Below, piece by piece: positions 29,501-42,600 of a stretch of DNA of 64,000 bases. Origin of the DNA: Tubiluchus corallicola (taxonomy: Eukaryota > Animalia > Priapulida). The notes beneath the pieces are model-generated. The model saw nothing but the letters and a program-made list of their open reading frames with translations, was not told where the DNA came from and ran no database searches. The DNA lies in NCBI GenBank assembly GCA_030141605.1, contig JAQGDQ010000232.1:62001-126000 (forward strand), read 5' to 3'. Position 1 is the first letter of the stretch. Every line of letters starts with the position of its first letter. A program made the position numbers and the translations under genes.

Positions 29501-32500
29501 CATATTTTTGTACCAAGCTTGTACTGAATTTTCAAAACTGTGAGACTAGTGGCCTAAGGCTTAATGGAGGGAAATTTTATGTCTTGTGAGCTTATTCGCT
29601 AATTAAATTTTGTTGCCTTTCATTTCATGTTGTCTTGAAGTTCTACAAAAGGAACTAAATTAGTAGTGCACTGAAATTATTGAGACCTCTGCTGCACACA
29701 CTTGCAAACAATGTAAACCTAAGAGTGTAAACCTAAATGTAAACCTAATTTATTATGGTTAGTATGTATATTATCTCTGCTAGTTCAGTATCATGTTTAA
29801 TTTGACATACCGTCAGAATATTGCTAACATTTTAGCTGTTGCTGTCATTTTGACATACTGCTGTGTAGGCCTGCTTGTTGTATAGTTTGCTTGTCTTAAT
29901 GTCACCTTTAACTGACTCCTGTAATTTGCCTTTACAAATTGTGTTCTTTCTAATTCGTCTAGGTAACTTTGTACTGCTAAAAAAAGATGATGATGAAGAC
30001 GATGACGAAGAAAGAGCTAAAATGAAAGAGTTAAAGAAGTTGCAGAAACGCAAGAAAAAAGGCGAGAAGTACTACAGCCTGTCTTTGGATGAATTTCGGG
30101 GACCCGAGTATGCCCCACCTAATCCACCAACCTGGCTGGGAGCGGAAAGCGCAGAACTACCAGAAAATCATTTTGAGTCAATGTATGCTAATTGCTTCAG
30201 TTAAGCAACAGTGAAAGCTATGCTTTAAGTTCATATTATTTAGATGTTTTAAACTAGTGTATACATCTTGTTGTATACATTGTATTTCTAACTGTAACAC
30301 TGTGTGCTTGTGTGGTTTGTCTTAGGACAGACATTCAGCTCTTGTTTATTGTTATTTGTGCAGTGCTGTACATCTAGCTGTGTCTAAATTATGGTCAGGT
30401 TCTTCTTGATAACTCCACATATGGTTTTGCTATGTGTGATGTAAGCAATGTGTCTTACCTTGATTTTCTTTTGATTTTACTTTAGATTTTTTTTTTAATT
30501 TCAGGCTAGTTCACATTGCATTCTATGTAGGACACCTATAATTTGAATTTTCATTATACAGTTTTGCATCTTTTTTATGTAAAATGTTCAGCAGTATGAA
30601 TTTTTGTTCTGTTTAACTATATGTTTTTTTTATGCAGGTGCCTTGTATGTTAGCTAGAAGTTTGTTGTTGACTTATTTGGCAGTTCTTATGATTCCATAT
30701 TTTTAGCACTTTTAATCGGAAACCAGATATATTGGAATTTGAAGTTGAGCGACATCGTATTCATTTTTTTGCACATATATGGGACACCTGTGAGAGTGAG
30801 TTTGATTTTGTCTATTGTTCATTGTACTTGCTATGCTCATTACACTTTTTTTCTTTTGTTGCAGGCGCCCTCTACTCGATCCAGAAAGTCCTTTCGTTAT
30901 TCCAGAACATTTGCGTCCTGATGTTGGTGCAATGGGTGATTTTGATCGGAATCAGTGGAGCACTAACAGCAGTGACACGGAACAGGAACGCAGAGTGAAA
31001 GAAAATTTATATTCGTAAGACATAAACAATTAATTTTGCTACTATCTTTTAGAAAAGTGGTTATGAGTGTCGACACTTATCTGCACTATATTTACAAAAC
31101 TACAAGTGGTATTAATATATCTTGTATTAGATTCTCGGAACTATATCAGGATTCTTGGAAACGTTGAGGCATAATAGAGGCAAAATTAATACATATTAGT
31201 TAAACAAAGATTATAGATACATGGATGCACTTATGTTTTGATTTGAAAAAACACTAAAACCAGATTTCGAGATCTGTTACAGTTTCTTCTTTAGTATGTA
31301 ACCATTAGCAACATGAAACACTCTTCTATTAAACACTAAACATTAAGCATTAAACATGTGTGATGAATTTTGCTCTTTCAAATTGGTGTTTTGTCTACCA
31401 CAGTTTCATCACTTGATCCATCCGTTCTTCGTTAATTATGCTTGTACATTCTTCGTGGTGCATCTTATTGTCTGTAAAAACATCGCACCTACTTGTTGTT
31501 ATTTGATATATAGTGTAATTTGAGTCGCAAGTGACTTTCTGACTAAAGTTTGAAAGGCTGACATCATTTCAGGTACATTGAGGATTTACTGGAAGCCAAT
31601 GGTCCAGTGCATTATGATGATCCTCTTTGGAAGCAAGAGTTATGTACTTTTCCCAAGGAAGCCATTGATTTAATTAAAAAGTAAGTTTGTTCTGTTGAAT
31701 TTTGTTTTAGTCCTCATCCATTGGCATTGATGTGAATAATAATATTAAAAATGAAAATTTTTTCTTATTTTTTTACATCTGCTTTTGAAGTATTCTTTGT
31801 ATTTAGACATTACAGAATTAACTATTCTGTTACTGTTTGTTGCAAGTTTGCAGAATCGGTGCCACCAACTCCATTTTTTCTGTTCGGGAATGGTAAAGAT
31901 CTTGTTTTTAGCTTTGTCTTCAACGTATTGTAAAAACCAGTTTATGAGGTTTTAGTATACGTCTGTGAAGTAAACCCTCTTTAAATCGCTGCAAAAAACG
32001 ACCAAAATATTAAAACCGGTATTAAAATTTTGTTGAATTAAAAATTGTTATCCCAAGGGGCTGAGTGGTTATGTGATCTCTGGTTCAAATCTTGGCTGTT
32101 TTTAGTTTTAACGTTTCATTTTTTTATCAGCTTTGGCTTTTAAAAGTTTTATAGTTGTGGGTTCAGTGCACCATTGTGTTAAGATTGTGTTGAACAGTAA
32201 CTATTAATTTTGACTTTTTTTAGGTACGGTAGTTTGTCTGATTTTCTCTTGAAGTCTTTACACTTTGCTATCATTGAAGACCACATTTGCTTGCTAAAGG
32301 ACAGTATTAAAGCACGAGAGTTAGCTGCCCAGCGTAAAAATCTAACTGATGATCCAACGCCTGCACAGGCCTATGCTGTTCCTATTACCATTCTTCCGCC
32401 CACAACAGTCATTCACAATGCTCTTAACGTCTCCCATGAGTCACACGGGATGGATGAACTGGATCCCATAACCCTTGATGACAGTAAAAAACTAAATGAT

Positions 32501-35500
32501 ACTGAAAACATTAGATTTGACAATAAAAAGTATGATGTGGAGAAAGCGCAGAGCGATATAGATGTCAGCGATACTGCTGATAGTAGCAGCCTAGAATATT
32601 TCGACCTGCCTCCTGAGGAAAAAATTGTTGTAACTGACAAACACGAAGAAGTAGACGAATCTTGTGGCATTCCCGGTATTCCTCCATTCCCTTTTGAAAG
32701 ACTCGAAGCCCAATTAGTGAACGTAACTGATGAGATAGATGGCGATATTAGTGACAATGATGATGATACTGGCATTAAGATACCTTTGTATGCTCAAACA
32801 AATGACAGTCTTTGCGCTGATAATGACACTGTGCAGCCACCTGATGATCACACTTTAAGACTTGCAGGAGTGGGAGTATCACATGATTTACTTTCTCAAT
32901 TAAAAGCCATGAGTCCTTATAAAAACCTGAATGGAAAACAACTGGAAGCAAAGAATGCTGATGTAATATTTTCAATGAGTAAAACTGCCGGGTTTGTAGA
33001 CAGCTTGGCGTCAAGTGAATTTTCCAAGTTTCTTAATACTAATTCTAAAATGCACAGCACTATGACTAACATGGCAGCAAAGCTATGTGATAATTCAGTT
33101 TCTCTCAGCGAAGTGGAAAAGTCAAACAGTAATGAACAATCGTCTTGGGAAGCATTTCAAATAACTGTTAAAAATAATAGCAGTAATTGTGAGTTCACTG
33201 CAAATGTGAATAATTCATCTTGGGAACTAATAGGTGACTCTGCTATAGTACACGAAGCTATTGAAAACTCTTTCACTCGTCCTGCTTCAGCTGTCGGAAA
33301 CACTATAAAACACTGCTTTATCTGCACTGGTGAATGTACCTGTTCTACCCACAAAGGATCTGAAGAAACTTATCGTGCATCTAGCTGGGATGACGCTTCA
33401 TCTGAAAAGTACCATAGAGTTTCTCAACCTGGAGATCGAAGTACTATCTCTCCAATATCCACTTTTGAGCAGCCTGCTGTGAATGTTGATAATTTTGCAA
33501 CAGTAAATACTTGCAGTACAATTGCTGGCACAGTTGATAGCAAATGTAGATATGGTTCACCATGTTGTACAGTAGGGGCTCATATTGAAGCTCAAACCTT
33601 TGAACAGAATAGAAACTCTCCTTCAAACAAATTAGAAAGTGTGACAAATTCTCCCTCGCATGTTAATGACATTTCGGACTTTCTTACGACATTGGAGGAA
33701 TATCTTCCTAACGACTTTATAGGTGCTAGAACTGGTGGAATTCTACCAGATTTAATCAAGACACAAAGATCACAGGAGTCTGATGATGTAATTATAGATG
33801 AAGAAGTTGAAAATGGTCACACTACACATACGGATGATTTGAACAATAAAGTTAACGTGGAATATGCAGCTGGTAACGAGGATAACAGTGACTCTCGTAA
33901 GCCAGATGTTATACACAGCATTGCTCAAAATATTAGTGATATTGCATTTGATCGTGTGATAAAAATTTGCAAACGCGAAGCTTGTACTCGTATTAACGAT
34001 CTACTTTTCTTGACTTTGTCAGAAAAAGGTCTCGATATAGATAGCTGGAGTTCTTCGGGCAAAAGTGAGTCTCGTGTAGGCATAGAGAATGGTGTTAGTA
34101 ATGCTGCAGATATTCATGTGTGTAAGGAAGTTGTTACTGAGAAAATTATTCAATGGCTTGTTTCTGCAGCTAAGAGCAAAAAAGAATCCTGTGATTATTT
34201 TAACATGGATCAGGATTCGTCTGAAGAATTGATAACTGATTCTGTTAAAAATCTTTTAGATGAACTTGTCGAGGTCATAAAGAATGATAAACAAAAAAAC
34301 GATGGGACGACGAACATTTTTAAATGTCTTGAAGTTGTATCAAAAAAGGTGGAAATGCCTGAGATCAAAAGCGATGAAAGTAAAGCAAACATTTACGAAT
34401 TGTTTCCTAGTACAGGTACTCAGAGTGCAACCACCATCTCACAAATTCATCAGATAATGAAATCGCCTTCTAATTCCTTAGATAAGCTCCACAAACTAAA
34501 AGAATTTAGTCCAGCTGTTGTTACTCAAGAAGTTACATCTAATGCAGTTGAAAAGGAGACTGGAGCTAATTCCAGAAACAAAACTGAAGCTGTAGGGGCA
34601 TTTGAACTTGAAAGAACCTGGAGTATGCAAATGGAAGATGGGACTGAGTTTGAACAAAAATTAGGTGACAAGCCTTCTAGAGTGCTTGAAATGGGTAGCG
34701 ACGGTGAATGGGGGCAGAAAGAAATACTATTAGAAGAAGAGATGAGGGATAGCACTGAATTACTGTCTTGTAGTGGCATACCAGATGATGAACATAATGG
34801 GTTGAAGAAAGAACAAATGGGCAGTGTACATTTACATCATCGTACAGAACAAGGTCCTGAAATAAATAAGAATGTTGTTGCTTTTACATGTAATGATGTT
34901 ATTAATGACGTTGCAACTGTTGGAGATAATGCATCGCATGCACATTTAATACCTGATATCAATGAATTACCAATTTTAGATAGAAATGCTGCAAAAGAAA
35001 AAGCCCAGTCATTTATACAAATCTTTACAAATGATGCCATTCAGATCAGTGTGAGACAAAATGCTCCTACTGAAATAATCTTGGATAGTGACATGGCTGC
35101 AACTAGTGAAAAAAGTGATACACAATCTGATACCAATAATACTAACAAGCTAAGAAATTCTACAGATTTTTTAGAAATGACACCAACAATGCAAAATATA
35201 GAACCAAGCAACAATGCAGACATTTTTGAAAAAATGCTGCTGTTAGAACAGGATGTTACTAGAGAATTGGTGTCTGAAAAACAGAGACAATGCGAAACAA
35301 TGCAAAACGGGGCTGAAGAATTTCTTACAACTGAGGAGAAGTTTATACGTGACATTGAGCCATCGGAACTACTCTCTAACTTTTCAAATAATAACAATCC
35401 AGACAAGCCAATAGACACAAATGAAAACGCAAATTTAGAGCACAATGATAATGACTGCAGCATCATGTTTTCATTATTGTGTTGTAAAAATGATAATGTT

Positions 35501-38500
35501 TCTGTTGACCTGGATAGTAGCAGTGAGGTTGACTGGCTGTGTGAAGCTGCTACCGAGCAGTCTGTAAGAGAGACTAGTTTTAGAGAACAAGAGCCTCTTG
35601 AATTATTGAAACTAGATAAAGCTGTTCAAGTGACTTCACCTGAAAACGTTGACAGCAAGCATTTTGATGAAAGTCTTCCAGTGAACCACAGAATCGACAA
35701 AGTATCTAAATTAAATAAGATGTTACAAACAGACACTGTACCTCCAGGCACATCTACCAAAGTAAAAAAAACCTCAAAACAAGCTTATGTTCAGGCTAGC
35801 CCTGTTTGTCGGACTGCTTGCACATTCACAGTGGGACTTGAGGATGCCAAGAAAATTCAAAGCGAACTAGACTCAGCAAAAAAAGAGGCAAGCTCTGCCA
35901 AGAAGGAGGCAGAGAATCTGCGCAAGGAGAACAAACAGTACAAAACTAAAGCCAGAAGTGCTGAAGATGCAGTTGCAAAGTTGAAGCTGTCTTTTGGCGA
36001 CACTGGTGTTAACTTAGTCAAAATGAATGATGAGTTTGAGGAACTCAGGAAAGGATTTGAGGTAAGCACGTTTTGGATCGTTTGCAATAAATAATTATGG
36101 TTAAAAATTTGCACCGAAGCAAAAGGTTCTTAGAAGCATTTTCTTTCTTTTTTTTGTGTAGTGTCTGTAGCTTTTGTTGAAAAAACACTGTCTTTTTAAC
36201 ACTACCAACAATCAAACTGTTTTTTATGGGCAAGTTTTACTAACATGGTCTCAATTACTAGTAAAATAGTGGAAACGAGTGTTTATTGTTTATAGTATTA
36301 TAAAATTAAAAAGAATTTTTTATTAGTCTCTGACACTCAAGTCTACTGAAAAAAGTTCATTTGTGAGAATTGATGTCAATTGTCTAGTAATCTCTATGAT
36401 ATTTATATCAATCAACGTAAATTAATCGAAATCTCGGTAAGTCACCTTAGATGGAATGAGACAAATTTTCGATACAACAATGAGATACAACAGTGCAATT
36501 TTATAAAGTTGTTAACTGAACATAAGGCAAGCATTTCATCAAATCGCGTACAACTACTTGAATGGTTATTATGAATAAATAACTGTGTAACAATTTTTTA
36601 TACATGTATAGTAATCAGTGTTTGGTCAATTACTTTTAAAATGTAGTATCACTACAAATACGATTATACTCCTGAAAACCAGTGGCACCACCACTACACT
36701 TACTTTTTGAAAAAGTATTTGTTATAAGAATAGTTACAGTATGAAAGTAGTGCCACTATAATAGCCACTACTTTCCTGTTTTGCAACGACTTCTGACTTT
36801 TGAGCATCGTTGATATAGTACATTGCAAAATGTAGGTTGCACATTAAAAAAATTAGTTAATAGTGGTAATTAAATCGTTGGCAGTTAAAGAAACCCTATT
36901 ACAAACTCAAATGGTACCAAATAGGTCAAGGTTCTAATTAAGCAGTTCATTTATGATTTTAGACAGGCATTTGCAGGTCATTTATACTTTGTCAGAAAGC
37001 AACAACTGTTCACTTTTGGGTGAAATATGTTTTCCAACAGAAGGTTTTGCTTCACTGTAGTCGAGATTATTACATACTATAAATGCACAGGTTGATAACC
37101 CTGTGGAAGTTTGCAGCTTCTGAAAAATGCAACTTGCTATGCAGACATTAGACATAACTACATTGATATCAAGAGATACCCGCAAGAATTACATGTAGTT
37201 CTGTAGTGTCATTACAGTGCTCATCAGTAAGTGAAAATTCAAGTCTGATGATTATCCATAAAAAAACAATGAACATTTTTAAAAAGAATTGATCTATGTT
37301 CTGAAATTATTTGTTTGCTGTTATCACGAGTATTAATTGTTTATTTAAGATTATGCAAAAAGAGTACAATGAGGTTGTGAAACAGAAGATAGAAGATGCG
37401 AGAAAACATGAACGCGAGATGAACGAAGTGACAGCGGAGTTGAAATCTGCACAGGAACAGGTGGCGCTTGTTAGAGAATCTGTGCGCACGATGGAGCAGG
37501 AAGTGAAAGCTAAGGAAGCCAAATTCGAAGAGTTGATGTCAAGTCGTAATAAGGAGAGGTAAAAAGCTGTTCCTTTATATGACTTGAATACTTTTCTACC
37601 GATACAGACAGTTGTTTCTTAAGTTTTTTCTAACAAAATTTGTATTTTTCTTCACAGTATGCATACAAGTTTTTTGTGAATGCCGAGAGCTTCTGGTAAT
37701 TAAACTTATTTACCTGAAATATCTGGGTAATAAATAATACCATTTGCATGAACTGTAATACTTCTTTTACGAAACTCAGCTTTTGATGATTTTTAACGTG
37801 AAAGCTTGATAAGAAATTACAGTGAATGATTTTTTGTGGTTTGTTTTTGCCAATAGATAATCAACGAATATGAAGTTCATCGTTTTTGGGCATTCTTGAT
37901 TGTAGTTAAATAGGCAGTGTCAAAGTATTCGTATTTACTGTTTACTGTCAAGCTATTTACAGCATTACACATTCATATCAAAGCATCTTCTTAAATTGTG
38001 TCAAAGAAGCTTTTTTGAACTGCTATAATAGAAAATTTTTATTGTTTTTTGCCTGGATTGTGCACCACATTGCACAATCCAGTCAATGACGTAGATTGTT
38101 CATTAAATCATTATCAGTAAAATTATGTGAAGTTGTTATTATGTAACTATTTTGCATCTCAGACTCAACTTTTTTTAATGAATTGATCCATTTTTGACAT
38201 GTTTTCATTGTTTTGCAGAGAAGCAAGGTTAGAAATGGAAGCAAAGCTCACAGAATTAGAGCAACAAGTTAACGTTGAACGTGACAGAGCTGTCACAAGC
38301 GAAGTTCAAATGTTAGAGAAAAAACTTGCTTATGGACTCAGTCAACTGCTGCACGCTCTTTCTGATGCAGAGAAAAATTTTAGCAAGTTGGATTCCATGA
38401 GAGAATTGTATGCTACTTCTTTGGCTTTGATACAATGTCAGCACTGTTGTTCAGTGTGTAAACCAACAAAAACAATAAACATGTCATATTGTTCCACTAC

Positions 38501-39637
38501 AGTCATTTTTTTTTTACATTTTGAGTTTATTCATTCTTCCGTCAATTGGCTAATCCTCCTGGCATTTGAAAAACAATTAGCATGTTTAAAATGGGCAATA
38601 GTTATGTATTGTTCTATTAGAATTGGTGGGTGGGGTATTCCCTCAGAGCTGTTGTTGAATGAAAAGTTTATAGAACAATGTTGGTGATTTTAATTAGTTT
38701 TGATTAAAACTCCAGTAAGCTGTATACCGGTACCTTTGGACTTCTGCTCCTAATTTTCTTTTTTTATGTCATTGGTAATTTTTGTATTGAAAATTTTGTT
38801 TATTGATGCTAAGATATATTCGAAACTGTATTTTATGAACACAGTTCGGTAACAACTTCAAAAGTTGAATTCTTCAGATACAGTTTAACCAAGCAGTGGT
38901 TGTGGGATTGTACAATAATATTTATTTTGAATTTGAACAATGTGTTACAAGTATCATAATAAGATTGAAAGCTTGAGACTATGAGCAATCCAATATATTA
39001 TGTACAGCTCATATTTTAAATTGTGTCTGTCGATTGTACATTAACCGTCTGAATTAGTTTTGCAATTAATGTTCAATTGTTGTTTTGTTTGACTTCAGAT
39101 TAAAGAACCAAGGAAAGATAACAGAAAGTCAGCGCTGGGATGGCGTAAAACTTGAATGGGGCAAAGTAATTGTTACAATTAAAGAAAACATGCAAAAGAG
39201 CAAGGTATCCTAGAAATTCATGTGATTTCGCTTCCTTTCCGTAGTTAAAGGTAAAAAGGTAAAGGAAGTTAAAGATTTGATGGAGTGAGATGATTGTCTA
39301 TATTCATACGTTAAGGAAAAACAGCCAGGTGTTTTGATGCTGTTGTTGGATATATAGATCAAACGAAAAACAAATTATTTTTAGGTAATAATAGCAGCAG
39401 ATACCGTTTCATTATTGACTTTAAAAACTGCTATATGCTCATATCTCGGTTTGCCGGACCTCGCTTTTACGAATTTTGGAAGGATCGGGCAAAATCTGGG
39501 CCATTAAAAAGTCCTGCATACTCAGGACACAGTCTGTTGTTTCGCAAACTGATCATTATTTGCCGGGCTGCTTACATCACTACATCAGTGTATATTATTG
39601 TATTATCAGTATATATGTATATATATATATATATATA

Positions 39638-39671
<34 letters not shown>

Positions 39672-42600
39672 GATTTCTTACATATATATCACAAAAAATA
39701 TGATTGATAGTTATAGAACACTGACACAGAAGAATTTAATTTGGCTACTTCGTGTACTACAATATTTGGCATGCAGAAAAGTTCAAAGACATTACTTAGG
39801 GGAATATGTGTTAAATCAAAACTAATTACAGTTTGTGCAGACTGCATTTGGTTCAATGGTGCAGTTGGTCCGCAAGCCAAACAGAACCTGACAAAGGTGG
39901 AAGAGCAGTTCTGAGATGTGTAATTGCCAACCAAGAAAGAAGTGTCATTACTAATTTGGTTACATGGGAAAAACAATGCGCCATAGTTAATTAGTAAATA
40001 ATAGAAATAATTTGAAGTATCTTTTGATGTAATTAATGAAGTAATGCTTCTATGTTGCTAAATTTTGATATACCAGTATAGGAAATTGCTGACAGATTTT
40101 CCTCATTTGTTTTATAAAGAAGGTAGGTACTTTTCGTAGTATTACTGTTGAATATAAGCTTGGCTTATGTCTAAGAAATCATACAACAAGATGCAGGCTG
40201 ACTTGTGCTAGGCAGCTAAACAAATGTAATTATTTCAAAGGTTAGAGAGGATTAATGTAATTATTATAATCAAAAGCATGCTATATAATACTCCAAGTTA
40301 GCTCTTGATGCGATCTGTGGCCAGCTTTGTGTAATCTGTCCTGCAAATAATAAATTCATTACTTGACTGCACTCGGGTATATTCCTGGCATTAGTGAAGG
40401 ACTTGCTGGTCAAGGGACTGTTGAAAAATACAATATTGATTCTAATAACTTTGTTAAATATCATCCATTATTTACTTTGTCATTTCTAGCAAAGGTGATT
40501 AAATGCTTGGATGTACCTCAACTACTCACTCATTTAAGCATAAAATTTATGGTGGAAAATTTTAGTCTGTTTTTGGTAAATAATGCTGTACCAAAAGTGC
40601 TTTGTTACATACAAATACTGCTGTCACATTACAAGAAGCTAGCAAGCATCTAGCTGTACAATTGAATATTAGTGCAGATGATCATTGTGATACTGCTACA
40701 TAGACATGGAGACCATATGTGTAAATTATGCCTGTCAGAAGCTGTGTTATCTTGTTTTCACTTGCACAGGCTGCTTGGTTGATTGCATTGGACTATATAC
40801 ACTCTTTTGTACTGGCGATGCCTTATCATGTGCTTCAAGAGTCTACTTTTCAAGCTATGTTATATGCGATTTAGTGTAGTGTTTTTGGGAAACATGTAAA
40901 TTGGGTGCTGATCTTGCTTTTGATTGGTATTTCTATTTCTATGTAGTCCTATATCTGAAAATTCTTTTTTGTTGCAACTTGTTTTTGCAATGAGCTCAAC
41001 AATTTCTATAAGCAGGCATTTTAGTATAGAGCCCAGCTTGTTTAGTTGTATTTTAAAACAGTGTTTGCCTGTGTAAGTGTGAAGATTATTATTAATCTCT
41101 GTTTAATAAAATTGTTTTGTTTCATTTGCTTAAAACAAGTCATTTGCATTTTTTGGTTATGATTTTAAAACTAAGCTTCAGTTTTCGTTTTGTTGCATCA
41201 ACCTCTGTAACTTGCTTTTGCTGTTCTAACTACTGATTATTGTATTTTTAGTTGTTGTTTCAAGAGCGTATCGAAACTGTCAAGAATGGTACAGCACTAG
41301 CAAATCTTCCGCCTATAGAAGTGATTGCTGCTCCACCACCGCCTAAACTACCTAAACAACGGGTAAGAAAATAAACAGTTTTTAACCTTGGCTGGTAAAT
41401 AATATCTTTATTGAATTATTTTTTATTCATCTAATTTAAAAGGGGAATATCACATAAATCAAGTTTAACTGGGTGGGTGGCTTACCTGTGAGCTAATTAA
41501 CAAAACTTTTTTAACAAAGAGTTGTCTAATAAGTAATTATTTTTTGTATCTGGTTGGAAATGCCACGGGGCGCTTTTTACGCCTCTTGTGACAAGAACAT
41601 CGAACTAGCACAGCTTTTGCTAATGGAATCATACATAGTGAAACCACATCGAGTCGCTAACTTGCAGTATGTGACTGCTCTTTACAGTGCTTGACCTTGA
41701 CTCAGACAGGTAATCAACTGAGAGAAGGGATTGTCATTGCACTTGTTCACACAATGCCAAAATAACATAATCTTAAAATGTTATTTTGATGATTTTATTA
41801 TGTTTTGTCAAGTATGTTTATCCTGACCAAATTTTGTGTTACAAAGTTTCAAAAAAGAAAAATGGAATATAAAATAATAATATTATACTGTTAATATATT
41901 GCCAGCTTTTTCATGTGTTACGGCTTTACAAAATAATCTAATAAAACGTTTATTTTGCTACATAAACCGTCAGATGTAAGGTAATTGAACTCATGGCTTT
42001 ATCAATGCTGTATTGGTTAACAATTTCAATATTTATTATTATTGGACATTCAGGGAGAACAACACATTGTACAATTAACATAAAAATTCTGTAATTTGCA
42101 ATGTATATTGCGATATATTTTGTACTTAAATGGATGCAGAGATTACATGATGGCATGAATACAACTTTAATTAACTACAAAAAAATCACATTGTGTTGAC
42201 TACATATAGGCCTATGTACTGAAACATTTATTTTTTGCTGACAAAAAATTTAAAGTAAACACTACCTGTAAATTGCACCTGCCTTCATTTGTCTGGAGTG
42301 TAAACAATATATTTTACAATACAAGAAATACAAAAACTTGGTGTTTATCATGCTTGAAACTCACATTCCAAAGCAAACATCCAAAAAATGATCAGAGCAG
42401 GAAATCTGGCACATTCCATCTAATGGCTTTATCCAATGGCCAAGCATAGTGCATAACTAATAACCTATTCGTTAATTTTGAAGAAGAGTTACTGTTTTAA
42501 AACGTATCACTTTCCATTGGCCGTTTTTCAATATGAATAACCATTTGATGACTTCGAATCTATCCACAGTATACTAATCTATTGTTGCCATATTGTGATG

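Noticed and set aside
32057-32098. A-box/B-box-like motif (gctgagtggtta...ggttcaaatc)
   Set aside because: Too short and cannot form a cloverleaf; at most a decayed tRNA-derived SINE head.
32413-36114. Several minus-strand ORFs (60-141 aa) overlapping the giant exon
   Set aside because: Ser/Leu/Phe-rich antisense shadows of an acidic, Lys/Asn-rich coding strand, with no independent evidence.
39435-39825. ORFs with YIYIYI repeats
   Set aside because: These are translations of the (TA)n microsatellite.
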